Positions 20,604 through 31,570 are shown, counted from the stretch's first letter. The stretch: 64,000 nucleotides of DNA from Candidatus Delongbacteria bacterium (GCA_963663545.1 OY760505.1:2528001-2592000), one strand, 5' to 3'. Notes: generated by a model not told the origin, from the letters alone. Numbers and translations: made by a program.

Positions 20604-21604
20604 GTCTGCTCCCCGCTGTTTGTATCACGGCGTACGCGAATCAGCTTTTCGATGACGCTGCCGATATCCGGCTCCTCAATGCTCAAATCGTGAACGGGTA
20701 GGCGGCGTACCAACTCACCGGTTACCTGGAGCACATCGTCACGCGCGATTTCGAAGCTGATCTGGTGCTTTTCGGTTTCCGTGATACGTAGCGGCAAATC
20801 GTCCAGAGCCTCTGCCGAGTGCTGAGTGTCCGGTCGAAGGTGCACGCGCACGACCTTGTGTGGCGAGTATTTGCGTACTACATCATTCAAGGGACCATCG
20901 TAGACCAGTTCACCCTCGCGGATAATGAGGATGCGCTTGCAAAGGCGTTCAATGTCTTCCATGTAATGGCTGGTCAGCAACATGGCAGGACGGTGCTCCC
21001 TGCGATACTCCAGAATGAAAGAGCGAATGGCCTGCTGCGTCGTCAGGTCCAGGCCAATGGTGGGCTCGTCCAGGTAGACCACGCGGGGCTGGTGCAGCAG
21101 CGCGGCGATCAATTCCATCTTCATGCGCTCGCCCAGCGAGAGGCGGCGGATCTGCACACGCAGTTGGTCTTCCACTCCCAGCATGCCTGTCAGCAGCTTC
21201 AGGTTGTGATCGAACTCCTGGCGGGGCAGACGGTAGATTTCGCGCAGCAGCAGAAAACAGTCGGCGGCGGGTAGATCCCACCAGAGGGACGCCTTCTGGC
21301 CCATGATCAGCGCTATGCGCCGCCGCAGCTCGTTGTTGCGTTCCCAGGGCCGGTAGCCCAGCACGCGCGCTTCGCCCGAGGTAGGATGGATGATCCCCGC
21401 GAGCATCTTCACCAACGTGGTCTTGCCCGCGCCGTTGGCTCCCACCAGTCCGACAATCTCGCCCTCGCCCACGTCCAGTGATACTTCGCGGACGGCGTGC
21501 CGTGTTACATACTTGCGACGCAGTAGCGAGTGCAAGGAACCGCGCAGTCCCGGTTCCTTGATATGGATGCGGAATTCCTTGCTGAGATTCCGGACTTCGA
21601 TCAT
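20600..21604 (-). CDS. ABC transporter ATP-binding protein
   Basis: GANGAGKTT Walker A, LSLGERMK signature, YLDEPTIGLD Walker B; ATG 21604 after GGAGG. Confidence 0.95.
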   Translation of the reverse strand: MIEVRNLSKEFRIHIKEPGLRGSLHSLLRRKYVTRHAVREVSLDVGEGEIVGLVGANGAGKTTLVKMLAGIIHPTSGEARVLGYRPWERNNELRRRIALIMGQKASLWWDLPAADCFLLLREIYRLPRQEFDHNLKLLTGMLGVEDQLRVQIRRLSLGERMKMELIAALLHQPRVVYLDEPTIGLDLTTQQAIRSFILEYRREHRPAMLLTSHYMEDIERLCKRILIIREGELVYDGPLNDVVRKYSPHKVVRVHLRPDTQHSAEALDDLPLRITETEKHQISFEIARDDVLQVTGELVRRLPVHDLSIEEPDIGSVIEKLIRVRRDTNSGEQT

Positions 21605-21769
21605 GAGCACCTCCACCCACAAGATAGCACCGCGCAGCCGCAGCCGGCTTGGTGTGATACGATGGATCCTTTCCTTGCTGCATCTTCGAGGGCAATTGCA
21701 CATTTTTCTGCAAAGCGAGTGACCAAACTCCTTCCAGGTGTCTCCCAGCATCAGAATTGAGGTAAAGCG

Positions 21770-22402
21770 ATGCTGCAGAAAATGGACATCACGGTCACGG
21801 ACCAGTTCTGGAATCAGCTGCACCCACATTACGGGCGGTTAAAGGCCTTCGCCCGCAGCCTGCTCCCTGAGGCCTGGGAGGACGTGCTGCAGGAGGCGCT
21901 GCTTTCAGCACTGGGGGCCTACGACGGCTTGCGCGACCCCGTCGCCTTTCGGTCGTGGATCTACACCATTGTGGCCAATGAAGCTCATCGGCAGCGACGC
22001 AGAGCCTTTTGGCGGCGTTTTCATCCCCTCGCTCCGGACCCGGATCCGGAGTCGGGTCATCCGCAGGAGAGTCAGGCTATCCGTAATTCCGATGGCCGGG
22101 ATCCCCACGAGGCGGCCTTGACCCGGCTGCACCTGCGGGCCGCGTTGTCCCGGCTGGATTTTACCACGCGCAGCACACTGCTGCTGTATTACGTGGCAGG
22201 CTTCAGCATTCGCGAAATCGCCCAGGCACGGGACGAGGGAGAAAGCGCTGTTAAAATGCGTCTGAGTCGTGCGCGCAAGCGACTGTGTCACCTGCTGGAA
22301 GGGGGACTGCCGCTGGCCGCCATTGCAAAAGTGGATTCGGGAGGGCTCGAAGATGACTACGAAGAATACCTCGCGGGCAAACAGGCCGGAAGCCTCCGCT
22401 GA
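21770..22402 (+). CDS. ECF RNA polymerase sigma factor
   Basis: EDVLQE...FRSWIYTIVAN (region 2); GFSIREIA...VKMRLSRAR (region 4). Confidence 0.92.
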   Translation: MLQKMDITVTDQFWNQLHPHYGRLKAFARSLLPEAWEDVLQEALLSALGAYDGLRDPVAFRSWIYTIVANEAHRQRRRAFWRRFHPLAPDPDPESGHPQESQAIRNSDGRDPHEAALTRLHLRAALSRLDFTTRSTLLLYYVAGFSIREIAQARDEGESAVKMRLSRARKRLCHLLEGGLPLAAIAKVDSGGLEDDYEEYLAGKQAGSLR

Positions 22403-23342
22403 AGGACGCGACCCCTTGCAGCCGCTGTTCGAGGAACTGGTGGAGCCGACCGCACGGCAGGAGTTCGATTCGTTGCGCGGCAGGCTGACCCATCTGCATC
22501 ACCTTCGCGGGAGCCTGAGCGGATCACGGGAGACGACCGCTAAACAAGGAGCGAACGCAATGAAGAGCCAATGGCGCAAGGCCTTGACCTGGACGGCGGC
22601 AGCTTGTCTGTTGCTGGTGATTGTGGCCTGTACGGTTCCCATGGAGTACGAACGTGAGACGGGGCTCGAGTTGGCCATGACCGTCAGTGGCAATGTGCAT
22701 GAGCTGGTGCAGGAAATGCGTGCCCAGGGTTGGGGCGTGGATCACATCCAGGTCACTCCGCTGGATGAGAATCTGCAGAGCCTGGAGGTGACGCTGCTGG
22801 GCGCCCGCGAGTCCGATCTGAGCACCATTCGCACCATGCCCGGTGTGGTCAGCATGAACGCGCAGGCCCTGACGGAAACGGCCGAGGGCACCTTCTACGA
22901 TATGGTGATGCACGAGGTCTTCCATATCAGCATCGACATTACTGGCATGAGCAACGAAGAGATTGCAGCCGAAGTAACACGCCAACTCGAGGCCTCGGGC
23001 CTGGAGGGGCAAGTTACAGTTGAAGCCACTGGGGACGGGCTTTACAACTTCGAGTTCAATTTTGAAGACGACGACAGCCTGCCGGAAGGCACGACGCGAG
23101 AGTTCCGCATTGAGCTGCAAAATGGCGAGGCTTCGGAAGGCGGCCTGGCGGGAATCGGCGACCTGGAGCTAGATCGGGAAATGATGGATAACATGACGCC
23201 CGAGCAGATCGACCAGTTCATCCGGGAGCAGCTGGCTGCGCAGGGAATCGACGTTGACGATGTGGCTGTTGAAGTGATGGCGGACAGCACCAACACCAAT
23301 GGCCAGGTACGCCAGCTTCGCGAGATCCGCCTGACGCAATAG
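22353..23342 (+). CDS. Putative anti-sigma factor / membrane-anchored protein
   Basis: Overlaps the ECF gene end; short N-terminal domain, one hydrophobic helix ending IVAC, acidic exported domain; alternative start at 22560. Confidence 0.6.
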   Translation: MTTKNTSRANRPEASAEGRDPLQPLFEELVEPTARQEFDSLRGRLTHLHHLRGSLSGSRETTAKQGANAMKSQWRKALTWTAAACLLLVIVACTVPMEYERETGLELAMTVSGNVHELVQEMRAQGWGVDHIQVTPLDENLQSLEVTLLGARESDLSTIRTMPGVVSMNAQALTETAEGTFYDMVMHEVFHISIDITGMSNEEIAAEVTRQLEASGLEGQVTVEATGDGLYNFEFNFEDDDSLPEGTTREFRIELQNGEASEGGLAGIGDLELDREMMDNMTPEQIDQFIREQLAAQGIDVDDVAVEVMADSTNTNGQVRQLREIRLTQ

Positions 23343-23380
23343 TAGAAATCCGCAAGGATTCACCTACACGCTGAATGTCA

Positions 23381-23410
23381 GAGAAACCCGCTGTCCAAGC
23401 GGGTTTTTCT
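23381..23410 (+). terminator. Rho-independent terminator
   Basis: GAAACCCGCT-loop-AGCGGGTTTTTCT. Confidence 0.75.
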
Positions 23411-23468
23411 GTTATCTTTCGCTACAAATGCAGAGAGTAGAGGTGACACATAGGATCACGGATTTCGC

Positions 23469-25391
23469 ATGAGCACAGATGACCGGAAGATAAGTGCATT
23501 GGACCCCGCCTTGTTCAGCACGCTGTTTGATGCCACGCAGGAAGCCGTGCTGCTTCTTGTCGAGGGGCGCATAATCGATTGCAATCCGGCGGCGTGTCGC
23601 TTCTACGATCTGCCGCACATTCGACTATTGGGGTTGAGCCTAGAACAACTTGCACCCGAAAGGCAACCCAACGGACGTACGTCGGCAGAGTTGCTGCAGG
23701 AGGCGCAGGCGCGAGCTTCGCAGACACAGCCAGCATGCGTTGACTGGCAGGCCCTCCGCGGAGGCCGTATCCTTGACTGCCAGCTTCTATTGAGTGCTGT
23801 TCCAGGGCGGCGTGGGCCGCTTCTGTTGGCGCGGCTGCGTGACCAGAGCCGCCAGCGTGCTGAAGAGCGGCATCGACTTCGTGCTGACAGCCTGAACTCG
23901 AACATTGTGCGCACAGCGCCTGTGGGTATTCTTGTGCTGGATGCGAACGCAAGAGTAGAGTTGATAAATCCTGCCATGCGCCGCATGCTGGGGCTCCACG
24001 AGGACCTTGGACAGCCCGGTAGCGCCATCGAAGAGATTCCGGTTCTGCTGGAGCAGGTTGGGCGCCCCTTGCTGGAACAAGTGCTGGAGGGTGATACACC
24101 GCAGCGTATGGAGCTGAGGGTGTCAACACCGGGCTGCGATCCATGTTGGCTGGATCTGTTTCTGCAGCAGCATTTGGACGAAGACAGGCAGGCGCTTGGT
24201 GTCGTTGTAATTGCCCACGACGTATCACTCACGCGTCGGCTCGAGGACCAATTGCGCCAGAGTCAGAAGATGCAGGCCATTGGCACACTGGCCGGAGGCA
24301 TTGCGCACGACTTCAACAATCTGCTAACGGGAATCTCGGGCAACGTGGATCTGGCACTGATGCCTGGACGCAGCACTACAGAAATTCTGGAGCAGCTCAA
24401 GGAAATCCGGCAGATTTCCGGACGCGCGGCTGATCTGACAAGGCGTCTGCTGATCTTCAGCCGTCGGCAGATTGCCGATCCTGTTGTGTTGCGCATGGAT
24501 CTGGTGCTCTATGATCTGGAGAAGATGCTGCGCCGTTTGATAGGCGAAAACATCGAGATGTTGATTCCACCCGCAGAGAGCTTGTGGACGATTCGAGCGG
24601 ACCAGGCGCAGATGGAGCAAGTCATCCTCAATCTGGTAGTGAATGCGCGCGACGCCATGCCCGGTGGCGGACAGTTGAGCATCGGATTGAGGAATGTGAT
24701 ACAGCAGACTCAACTTCGTAGCGAGCTGGGTGATTTGCCTGCAGGTGAGTACGTGGAATTGGAAGTCTGTGACACAGGCTGTGGTATCGACACACAGAGT
24801 CTGCATCGCATTTTCGAGCCCTTCTATACCACAAAGGCTGAGGGACAAGGTACAGGCCTTGGGCTTGCGATGGTCTACAGCATTGTCAGCCAGCATCATG
24901 GGCTGATTCAGGTCGATAGTGCCACGGGCAAAGGCAGTCGCTTTCGCGTGTTGATACCGCGAATTCGCGCAACCGCCAAGCAGCAGAAGGATGGTGATAC
25001 CAGCAGGGTTCCCCACGGTAGTGAAACTGTGCTTCTGGTTGAGGATGAGTTGGCCGTCCGTGAACTGACCCGTCGCATTCTACGCCAGTTGGGGTATGAG
25101 GTGCTTGCCGCGCGAGATGGTGCCGATGCGCTGTCGCTATTGGAGCACTGCGATCATAGGCCGGATCTGCTCATTACCGACGTTGTCATGCCACAGCTTT
25201 CCGGCCCCGAGTTGGTCGCGAATCTACGCGCCCGCTGGCCACAGCTTCGCGTGTTGTACATTTCAGGCTATAGTGCAGAAGAACTGCGCCGGCTGCGTCT
25301 CTTGGAGGACACGGCGGCCGACTACCTGCTACGAAAGCCTTTCAGCATGTTTGCGTTGGCCGGAAAGGTCCGCGATCTCCTGGAGGGATGA
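23469..25391 (+). CDS. PAS-PAS hybrid sensor histidine kinase/receiver (CckA-like)
   Basis: GGIAHDFNNLL H-box, NLVVNARDAM, DTGCG, FYTTK, GTGLGL, receiver LLVEDE...TDVVMP. Confidence 0.95.
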   Translation: MSTDDRKISALDPALFSTLFDATQEAVLLLVEGRIIDCNPAACRFYDLPHIRLLGLSLEQLAPERQPNGRTSAELLQEAQARASQTQPACVDWQALRGGRILDCQLLLSAVPGRRGPLLLARLRDQSRQRAEERHRLRADSLNSNIVRTAPVGILVLDANARVELINPAMRRMLGLHEDLGQPGSAIEEIPVLLEQVGRPLLEQVLEGDTPQRMELRVSTPGCDPCWLDLFLQQHLDEDRQALGVVVIAHDVSLTRRLEDQLRQSQKMQAIGTLAGGIAHDFNNLLTGISGNVDLALMPGRSTTEILEQLKEIRQISGRAADLTRRLLIFSRRQIADPVVLRMDLVLYDLEKMLRRLIGENIEMLIPPAESLWTIRADQAQMEQVILNLVVNARDAMPGGGQLSIGLRNVIQQTQLRSELGDLPAGEYVELEVCDTGCGIDTQSLHRIFEPFYTTKAEGQGTGLGLAMVYSIVSQHHGLIQVDSATGKGSRFRVLIPRIRATAKQQKDGDTSRVPHGSETVLLVEDELAVRELTRRILRQLGYEVLAARDGADALSLLEHCDHRPDLLITDVVMPQLSGPELVANLRARWPQLRVLYISGYSAEELRRLRLLEDTAADYLLRKPFSMFALAGKVRDLLEG

Positions 25392-25406
25392 ACCGGCCGG
25401 AGTACC

Positions 25407-26090
25407 ATGACGAAGAATTCCAAACGGGCCTCTGCAGCCAATGCGCGAGCGGCCAGGGCGATGGAAGTCGCCCGTCGCTTGCATCAGGCTTACCCGCAGG
25501 CTGTCTGTTCCCTTGAACATCGTGATCCATGGCAATTGCTGGCGGCGACCATCCTTTCGGCACAGTGCACCGATGCTCGTGTCAATCAGGTGACGCCCGT
25601 CCTTTTTGAACGCTATCCCGACGTGGCCGCCATGGCAAGTGCGCAGAGTGATGATGTGTCACAGATCATTCACAGCTGCGGGTATCACAACCAGAAGACG
25701 CGCAGTTTGCTGGGAGCTGCGCAGGCTATCGTGAAAGAGCACGGTGGTCAGGTGCCAAGTACACTAGCAGAGCTGGTTAACTTGCCGGGTGTAGGACGCA
25801 AGACGGCGAACTGCGTGCTGGGCACGTGTTACAATGTGCCTGCAATGGTCATTGATACACATATGATTCGCATCATGAATCTGCTGGGATTGGTGGACAA
25901 CAAGGATCCGGTACGCATCGAGCACGAATTGATGGAACTGCTGCCGCCTGAGGAATGGGTGGCGCTGACGCACCGTGTCATCGAGCATGGACGCGCCGTC
26001 TGCATAGCACGACGACCGCAATGCGAGCAATGTGTGCTGGCTGAGTTGTGTCCTTCGGCACACCTGCCAGCCAGAAAGGATGAAAAATGA
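25407..26090 (+). CDS. nth: Endonuclease III
   Basis: [16 protein letters not shown] Hh[21 protein letters not shown]e-S motif. Confidence 0.96.
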   Translation: MTKNSKRASAANARAARAMEVARRLHQAYPQAVCSLEHRDPWQLLAATILSAQCTDARVNQVTPVLFERYPDVAAMASAQSDDVSQIIHSCGYHNQKTRSLLGAAQAIVKEHGGQVPSTLAELVNLPGVGRKTANCVLGTCYNVPAMVIDTHMIRIMNLLGLVDNKDPVRIEHELMELLPPEEWVALTHRVIEHGRAVCIARRPQCEQCVLAELCPSAHLPARKDEK

Positions 26091-26659
26091 GTCTGGATTA
26101 CCAGGGCTTGGAGGCCGTGACACACAGGCTGCTGGAGCTCGTCGGGGAAGACCCTGAGCGCGAAGGCTTGCTGCGAACTCCACATCGAGTAGCACGATCC
26201 TGGGAGTACTTAACCCAAGGGTATCGTATGAAAATGGAAGACGTGGTTAACAACGCTCTCTTTCACGAGGACTGCAACGAGATGGTTGTAGTACGCGATA
26301 TCGAGTTCTTCAGCCTCTGCGAGCATCACATGCTGCCCTTCTTCGGGCGCGCCCATGTCGGCTATATTCCGCATGGCAAAGTGATCGGTCTTTCCAAGAT
26401 TCCACGTCTGATCGACATGTTTGCACGCCGCCTGCAATTACAGGAACGTCTCACACACCAGGTAGCAAACGCTCTTTGGGAAGTGCTGGAACCCGCTGGT
26501 GTGGCCGTGGTAATGGAAGGCCGTCACATGTGCATGCAGATGCGCGGTGTGGAGAAGCAGAATTCCTTTGCCTCCACAAGTGCCCTACTCGGCGAATTCC
26601 ACGACGATGTGGAGACCCGCGCTGAGTTCCTGAGCATCATTGGAATGAAGAATATCTAG
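26087..26659 (+). CDS. folE: GTP cyclohydrolase I
   Basis: [42 protein letters not shown]. Confidence 0.97.
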   Translation: MSLDYQGLEAVTHRLLELVGEDPEREGLLRTPHRVARSWEYLTQGYRMKMEDVVNNALFHEDCNEMVVVRDIEFFSLCEHHMLPFFGRAHVGYIPHGKVIGLSKIPRLIDMFARRLQLQERLTHQVANALWEVLEPAGVAVVMEGRHMCMQMRGVEKQNSFASTSALLGEFHDDVETRAEFLSIIGMKNI

Positions 26660-26666
26660 GTTCGCC

Positions 26667-28211
26667 ATGTGTGACATGCGCCAATTGCCCGGTGAGGGCC
26701 TGTGTGCTGCAGCGGAGTCGAGAGGTTTCGGGCTTGATCCGCGAGATCTGCTCACTTTGGTTCGTCAGGCCTTTCACGATATCAGCTTTCTGCTTACCCC
26801 TAACCAGCTCGCGCTACTGCAGAAAATTCTACAGGACACGCAAGCCAGCGATGGCGATCGACTGGTGGCCAGCAGTCTGCTGCGCAACGCGGTCATCAGC
26901 GCAGAGGGGCTGTTGCCCATGTGCCAGGATACCGGGACGGCACAAGTGCTCATCCATTGGGGGCAGTGTGTCACGTGCGATGAAGATCCAAGGGCGATTG
27001 TATCACAGGCGATTGCCGAGGTGTGGCGCGAGAACAATCTGCGCTACTCACAAATGACGGCGACAGATACTTTCCATGAGTGTAACACGGGCAGTAACCT
27101 TCCTGCACAGATCGAGATCGAGCTCGTTCCGGGTGATACACTTGAGTTTTTGTTTGCAGCCAAAGGCGGTGGCAGTGCCAACAAGACAAAGCTCTACCAA
27201 GAGACCCGTGCGCTGCTTGAGCCTGACGCTTTGCTCGCCTGGATGATCGAACGCGCCTACGAGGTAGGCACCAGTGCTTGTCCGCCGTATCATCTGGTAT
27301 TTGTTGTGGGTGGGCAGAGTGCCGACCAGACCCTGCGCGTTGTGCGACTGGGTGCGTGCGGCTTCTATGATGATTTACCGGACCACGGCGATGGAAGCGG
27401 AGCTCCCTTTCGTGACACAGATCTTGAGAGTCAGGTGTTGGAGGCAACGCGCAGCTTTCATTGGGGTGCCCAGTTTGGCGGGCGCTACTTCTGTCACGAT
27501 GTGCGTGTGATACGTTTACCGCGCCATAGTGCGAGTCTGCCGATTGGCATCGGTGTCTCCTGTTCGGCGGATCGCCACGCTCACGGATGTATCGACCACC
27601 GTGGAGTCTGGCTGCAGCAGTTGGAATCCGCCCCGGCGCGCTATCTGGACCAGCTGCCCGAGTTTGCTGCTGTATCTGTGGACCTGGATCAGCCAATGAC
27701 GGAGTTGCGCGCTGAGCTGTCAAAGCATCGTCATGGCACCTTGCTACAGCTTAGCGGCTGTCTCGTGCTGGCGCGGGATCTGGTGCACGCCGAGCTGTTG
27801 CGTAACCTGCAAGCAGGAGAGACGCTACCCCCTTGGTTCTGTGAGCATCCCGTACTCTACGCTGGCCCTGCGCGAACGCCCGATGGGTTGGCCAGTGGAA
27901 GCCTGGGGCCCACGACGAGTCGACGTATGGACGGCTATGTGAGGCGCTTTCAACAGAATGGCGGCAGTCTTGTGATGCTGGGCAAAGGTGAGCGCGCCCA
28001 GGAGGTCGCTCAATCCTGTGCGGAGTACGGCGGCTTTTATCTGGGCTTGATCGGTGGCGCTGCCGCCTTGGTGGCTCAGGAGAATGTGCTTGAGCGAGAA
28101 TGTCTCGCCTGGCCGGAGTTTGGCATGGAGGCCGCCTGGCGTGTGCGCGTGCAACGGCTGCCAGCGATTCTCATCGTGGACGACAAGGGAAACGATCTCT
28201 ACTGCCGCTGA
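26667..28211 (+). CDS. Class I (Fe-S) fumarate hydratase
   Basis: CQDTG, KGGGSANK, ACPPYH, RLPRH, SCSADR, GPTTSRRMD, MLGKGER. Confidence 0.92.
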   Translation: MCDMRQLPGEGLCAAAESRGFGLDPRDLLTLVRQAFHDISFLLTPNQLALLQKILQDTQASDGDRLVASSLLRNAVISAEGLLPMCQDTGTAQVLIHWGQCVTCDEDPRAIVSQAIAEVWRENNLRYSQMTATDTFHECNTGSNLPAQIEIELVPGDTLEFLFAAKGGGSANKTKLYQETRALLEPDALLAWMIERAYEVGTSACPPYHLVFVVGGQSADQTLRVVRLGACGFYDDLPDHGDGSGAPFRDTDLESQVLEATRSFHWGAQFGGRYFCHDVRVIRLPRHSASLPIGIGVSCSADRHAHGCIDHRGVWLQQLESAPARYLDQLPEFAAVSVDLDQPMTELRAELSKHRHGTLLQLSGCLVLARDLVHAELLRNLQAGETLPPWFCEHPVLYAGPARTPDGLASGSLGPTTSRRMDGYVRRFQQNGGSLVMLGKGERAQEVAQSCAEYGGFYLGLIGGAAALVAQENVLERECLAWPEFGMEAAWRVRVQRLPAILIVDDKGNDLYCR

Positions 28212-28251
28212 AGATTCCTGCGAAAATGTCGTCAGCCTTCCAAAATTAGCC

Positions 28252-28280
28252 TTGACAAACAAAAAGCGATCGTGTAAACT
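28252..28280 (+). promoter_or_regulatory. Sigma-70 type promoter
   Basis: TTGACA-N17-TAAACT. Confidence 0.7.
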
Positions 28281-28304
28281 ATGCCTCATCAACTAGAGGT
28301 ATTC

Positions 28305-28826
28305 ATGATCGCGACCGACATTCCCCGCTACGAGCTTTCCCTGATAGAGCCCATGAAAAAAGAGCTGTTGGATGTGGGCTTCGCCGAGTTGGCAGGCCCA
28401 GACGATGTGGACAGGCTTTTTGCGGAAGAAATAAGCAGTGGCTTGTGCATGGTTGTCATCAACAGCGTTTGCGGTTGTGGTGCGCGCAATGCCCGGCCTG
28501 GCATAGGCCTTGCTTTGCAGAACGAGCAGATTCCCGATCGGCTCTACACGGCTCTCGCCGGTGTAGACAATGCGGCGGTGGAACGCATTCGACACTATCT
28601 GGGCGGCATGCCTGCATCATCGCCTTCATTGGCTTTGTTCCACAAGGGCAATCTGGTTGAGTTTCTGCATCGAGCCGATTTCCTCGATCGCTCTCCCGAT
28701 GAGATTGCCGCGCTGTTGCGAGCGCACTTTAACGAACTGGCTACTCGGCGGGGTCCGTCGGTTGCTCCTGCGGTGTATCACACCATGCGCTTTGGTGCGG
28801 GTTGCATGAGCAGCAAACAGGCCTGA
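28305..28826 (+). CDS. BrxA/BrxB family bacilliredoxin (DUF1094)
   Basis: PMKKEL...NSVCGC...ARP...PASSPSLALF; ATG 28305 after GAGG and downstream of the promoter. Confidence 0.88.
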   Translation: MIATDIPRYELSLIEPMKKELLDVGFAELAGPDDVDRLFAEEISSGLCMVVINSVCGCGARNARPGIGLALQNEQIPDRLYTALAGVDNAAVERIRHYLGGMPASSPSLALFHKGNLVEFLHRADFLDRSPDEIAALLRAHFNELATRRGPSVAPAVYHTMRFGAGCMSSKQA

Positions 28827-28883
28827 TTCGACTCATCTCCGGTCCTGTCTTCCTGTCCAGGACCTTCCCCTCTTCGCGGTAAC

Positions 28884-28913
28884 AGAAAAGGCCGGCATTT
28901 GCCGGCCTTTTCT
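28884..28913. terminator. Bidirectional terminator
   Basis: AGAAAAGGCCGGCA-TT-TGCCGGCCTTTTCT. Confidence 0.85.
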
Positions 28914-28934
28914 AATGCTATGCAAGGTCGTAGC

Positions 28935-30512
28935 CTACTCGATATAGAAACCACCGTTGACCGTGCCCATCATCGCCTCCTGGCTATCGCGCATGTTGAG
29001 ATAAAGATTGGCGCGATACGTGCTGGTGGTGAATCCTTCTTTGAGATTCAGATAGCCATCAATGTAAGTGGGTGTGAAACCTTCCCAACGGCAAGTAGCA
29101 ACGACCGAATCGGCCGGCGACGTGGTCGCGTACACAATCGGTAGTGCCGTGTTGAAGGGCATATCCTCACTCAGAGTCAAGGTAAAGCGATAATTGGTGC
29201 TTCCTTCCGGCTGCAAGGTGATAACCGTGGTGCTGTCGCCAATGGTGGCGGAAACATCAAAATAGGTTACAGTTCTGTTTTCGCTATCGGTAAAGACCAT
29301 GGAAGGCCAGGTGGGAATATTGTCCGAATCAAGTGGGACGACGCCAGCAGACACTGCGCCGTACTCCAGCGAGTACAGGGACGTTTCGTCTGCGTCCATT
29401 CCGCTGATGTCGAAGCTGGCGGTCAGAGCGCCAGTGACCTCGTTCATGCTGTAGATGAGCATGGAACCGTCGATGTCAGTGCAAGGCATTCCATTCATAT
29501 ACATCGAAGCCGTGGCGAGGGATACACGTGAGCCTACGCCAAGAAGGTTGCCTCCCAAGCGCTTGACAATGCGGGATGTTCCATCTGCGTTGGCAAGGGT
29601 CAGGATGTAATTCGTGTGATCGTAAATCACGTAGGCGCTCGGATACGTGGTTGCCTGGCCGTTCAGGAAGAACTCGGCCGAGGTGCTTTCCGGAATCAGG
29701 CTGCTGCGGAAGCTCTGATTCTCGATTGTTGAACCAGCTGCCATGTTGAGCGTGAGGGTCTCACCCGCCGCGTTCTGAACGGTCATCACGAAAATGAATT
29801 CCATCTCGTAGGTGCTTGCCCAGTCAACAATGTAGAGGCTACCGCTAACGGAATGATAGACGGTTCCGTTGTATGCGACAAAAGCTGTAATACCGCTGAT
29901 GGCGGGGTTGAGGCTGACCAGCTCTCCATCAAGGCTGCCGTCGGGGATCGTCAAATCGAAAAGCAGAGTCTCGTCTGCGGTGAGTGCTGCCAGATGCAGA
30001 TCTTGCTCGTCGGCGTAGGCACAAGCGTTGGTAAAGGAATACTCCGTACCATTAACCGCCATGGACATGGTACCCGGATCCGGGACGGTCATGCAGGCGG
30101 GATACTCGAATTCTGTGCCCAATGTGGTGTAGTCAACGACCGAACTGCCCATGGTCAATTCCATTGTTGTCCAGGTCGGATCCATGTCGATGTTCCAGAT
30201 TTCCTGCACACCATCCGTTGTTATTGTCAGAATGCTGCCCTCGACGGTATACGTGTTCGTGTACACCTCGCAGGGGGCACTCGCCTCATCACTGGAGTAG
30301 CTCTGCGGCTCGATGATGTTGATGCAACTACCATCTGACTGGAACTTCATCGTGTGTGTGATTCCAGCATATGTGGTCTGCCAGTACTGCCCATCGATCA
30401 TCACGTCCTGCGCGACTTTGCTGTCTTCGGTGTCGTCGCAAGAGGTCATCAGTGCGGCCGTCAGGCCGAGGGATAGAACAAATCCCAGCTTCTGAAAGCT
30501 AATGGTGCTCAT
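28935..30512 (-). CDS. Hypothetical lipoprotein with several beta-rich domains
   Basis: Lipobox LMTSC; Thr/Ser/Asp-rich beta-strand sequence; start after GAGG. Confidence 0.75.
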   Translation of the reverse strand: MSTISFQKLGFVLSLGLTAALMTSCDDTEDSKVAQDVMIDGQYWQTTYAGITHTMKFQSDGSCINIIEPQSYSSDEASAPCEVYTNTYTVEGSILTITTDGVQEIWNIDMDPTWTTMELTMGSSVVDYTTLGTEFEYPACMTVPDPGTMSMAVNGTEYSFTNACAYADEQDLHLAALTADETLLFDLTIPDGSLDGELVSLNPAISGITAFVAYNGTVYHSVSGSLYIVDWASTYEMEFIFVMTVQNAAGETLTLNMAAGSTIENQSFRSSLIPESTSAEFFLNGQATTYPSAYVIYDHTNYILTLANADGTSRIVKRLGGNLLGVGSRVSLATASMYMNGMPCTDIDGSMLIYSMNEVTGALTASFDISGMDADETSLYSLEYGAVSAGVVPLDSDNIPTWPSMVFTDSENRTVTYFDVSATIGDSTTVITLQPEGSTNYRFTLTLSEDMPFNTALPIVYATTSPADSVVATCRWEGFTPTYIDGYLNLKEGFTTSTYRANLYLNMRDSQEAMMGTVNGGFYIE

Positions 30513-30910
30513 TGTTTCCTCAAGACTGTTGGTGTATCGGGCGCGTAGTGCCGGTTGTCCATTCGGCCTATTCACGATTTAACAAGTTAAAATAATTCTT
30601 CAGACCCTCCTAGTGGTAATAATGTGATGGAAGGCAATTGGTGACGGCAATCTTGCCCGGGAGAGATTACATTGACGAATGTACTTGGTAAGGCGGCGAA
30701 TCCCCTACCTTGAGAAGCAACACGGCCTGTCTTACATCGTAAAATCGTTGAGATGGCGCGTGTCACAGGATGATTCTTGTGGACCGAAACGAAAGCGCCG
30801 CGGTGTCCAGCGGACGCCAACCTCTGCGGGAACTATTGCTGTCCTGAACCGTATATGGTCGATAAAGTACCAAAATGGTCCAATATAAACCTGCCACGAG
30901 CAAGGAGGAC

Positions 30911-31519
30911 ATGATGTTCCAGTTACCCGATCTCCCGTATGACCACAACGCGCTTGAACCCTACCTCGATGCGCGCACCATGGAACTGCATCACGGCAAG
31001 CATCACGCTGGCTATGTGAATAATCTGAACAAAGCCTTGGAACAGGCGGGCGTGGAAAGCACCGACCTGACCACGTTGCTGGCAAATCTGAACGATGTGC
31101 CGGAGGCTTTCCGCGGCGCTGTGCGCAACAATGGTGGACAACACTTCAACCACAGTTTGTTTTGGCAGACCATGAGTCCCAATGGCAATAGCGAGATCAG
31201 TGCTGAGCTGAAGCAAGCCATTGAGCATGACTTAGGTGGAATGGATGAATTGAAGAAGCTGTTGCTGAATGCAGCTGCGACCACCTTTGGCAGCGGATGG
31301 GGCTGGCTGAGTCTGAATGCCGGCAAATTGGAAGTTTATGGTGCCCCCAATCAGGGGAACCCGATTCTGGACGGTCGTGGTGCGCCGCTGTTGACCGTCG
31401 ATGTATGGGAGCATGCATACTACCTGATGTATCAGAATCGCCGCCCCGATTTTCTGGAGAACTGGTGGAACCTGATCAACTGGAAAGAGGTTAGCGCGCT
31501 TTACACGAAGGCCAAGTAA
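30911..31519 (+). CDS. sodA: Fe/Mn superoxide dismutase
   Basis: HHGKHH, HFNHSLFW, FGSGWGW, DVWEHAYY. NQ motif suggests Mn type. Confidence 0.95.
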   Translation: MMFQLPDLPYDHNALEPYLDARTMELHHGKHHAGYVNNLNKALEQAGVESTDLTTLLANLNDVPEAFRGAVRNNGGQHFNHSLFWQTMSPNGNSEISAELKQAIEHDLGGMDELKKLLLNAAATTFGSGWGWLSLNAGKLEVYGAPNQGNPILDGRGAPLLTVDVWEHAYYLMYQNRRPDFLENWWNLINWKEVSALYTKAK

Positions 31520-31570
31520 GCTACGCGAACGGGGCGGTGCCCGCCCCGTTCCCTTCATCAGGGAGCAGGC

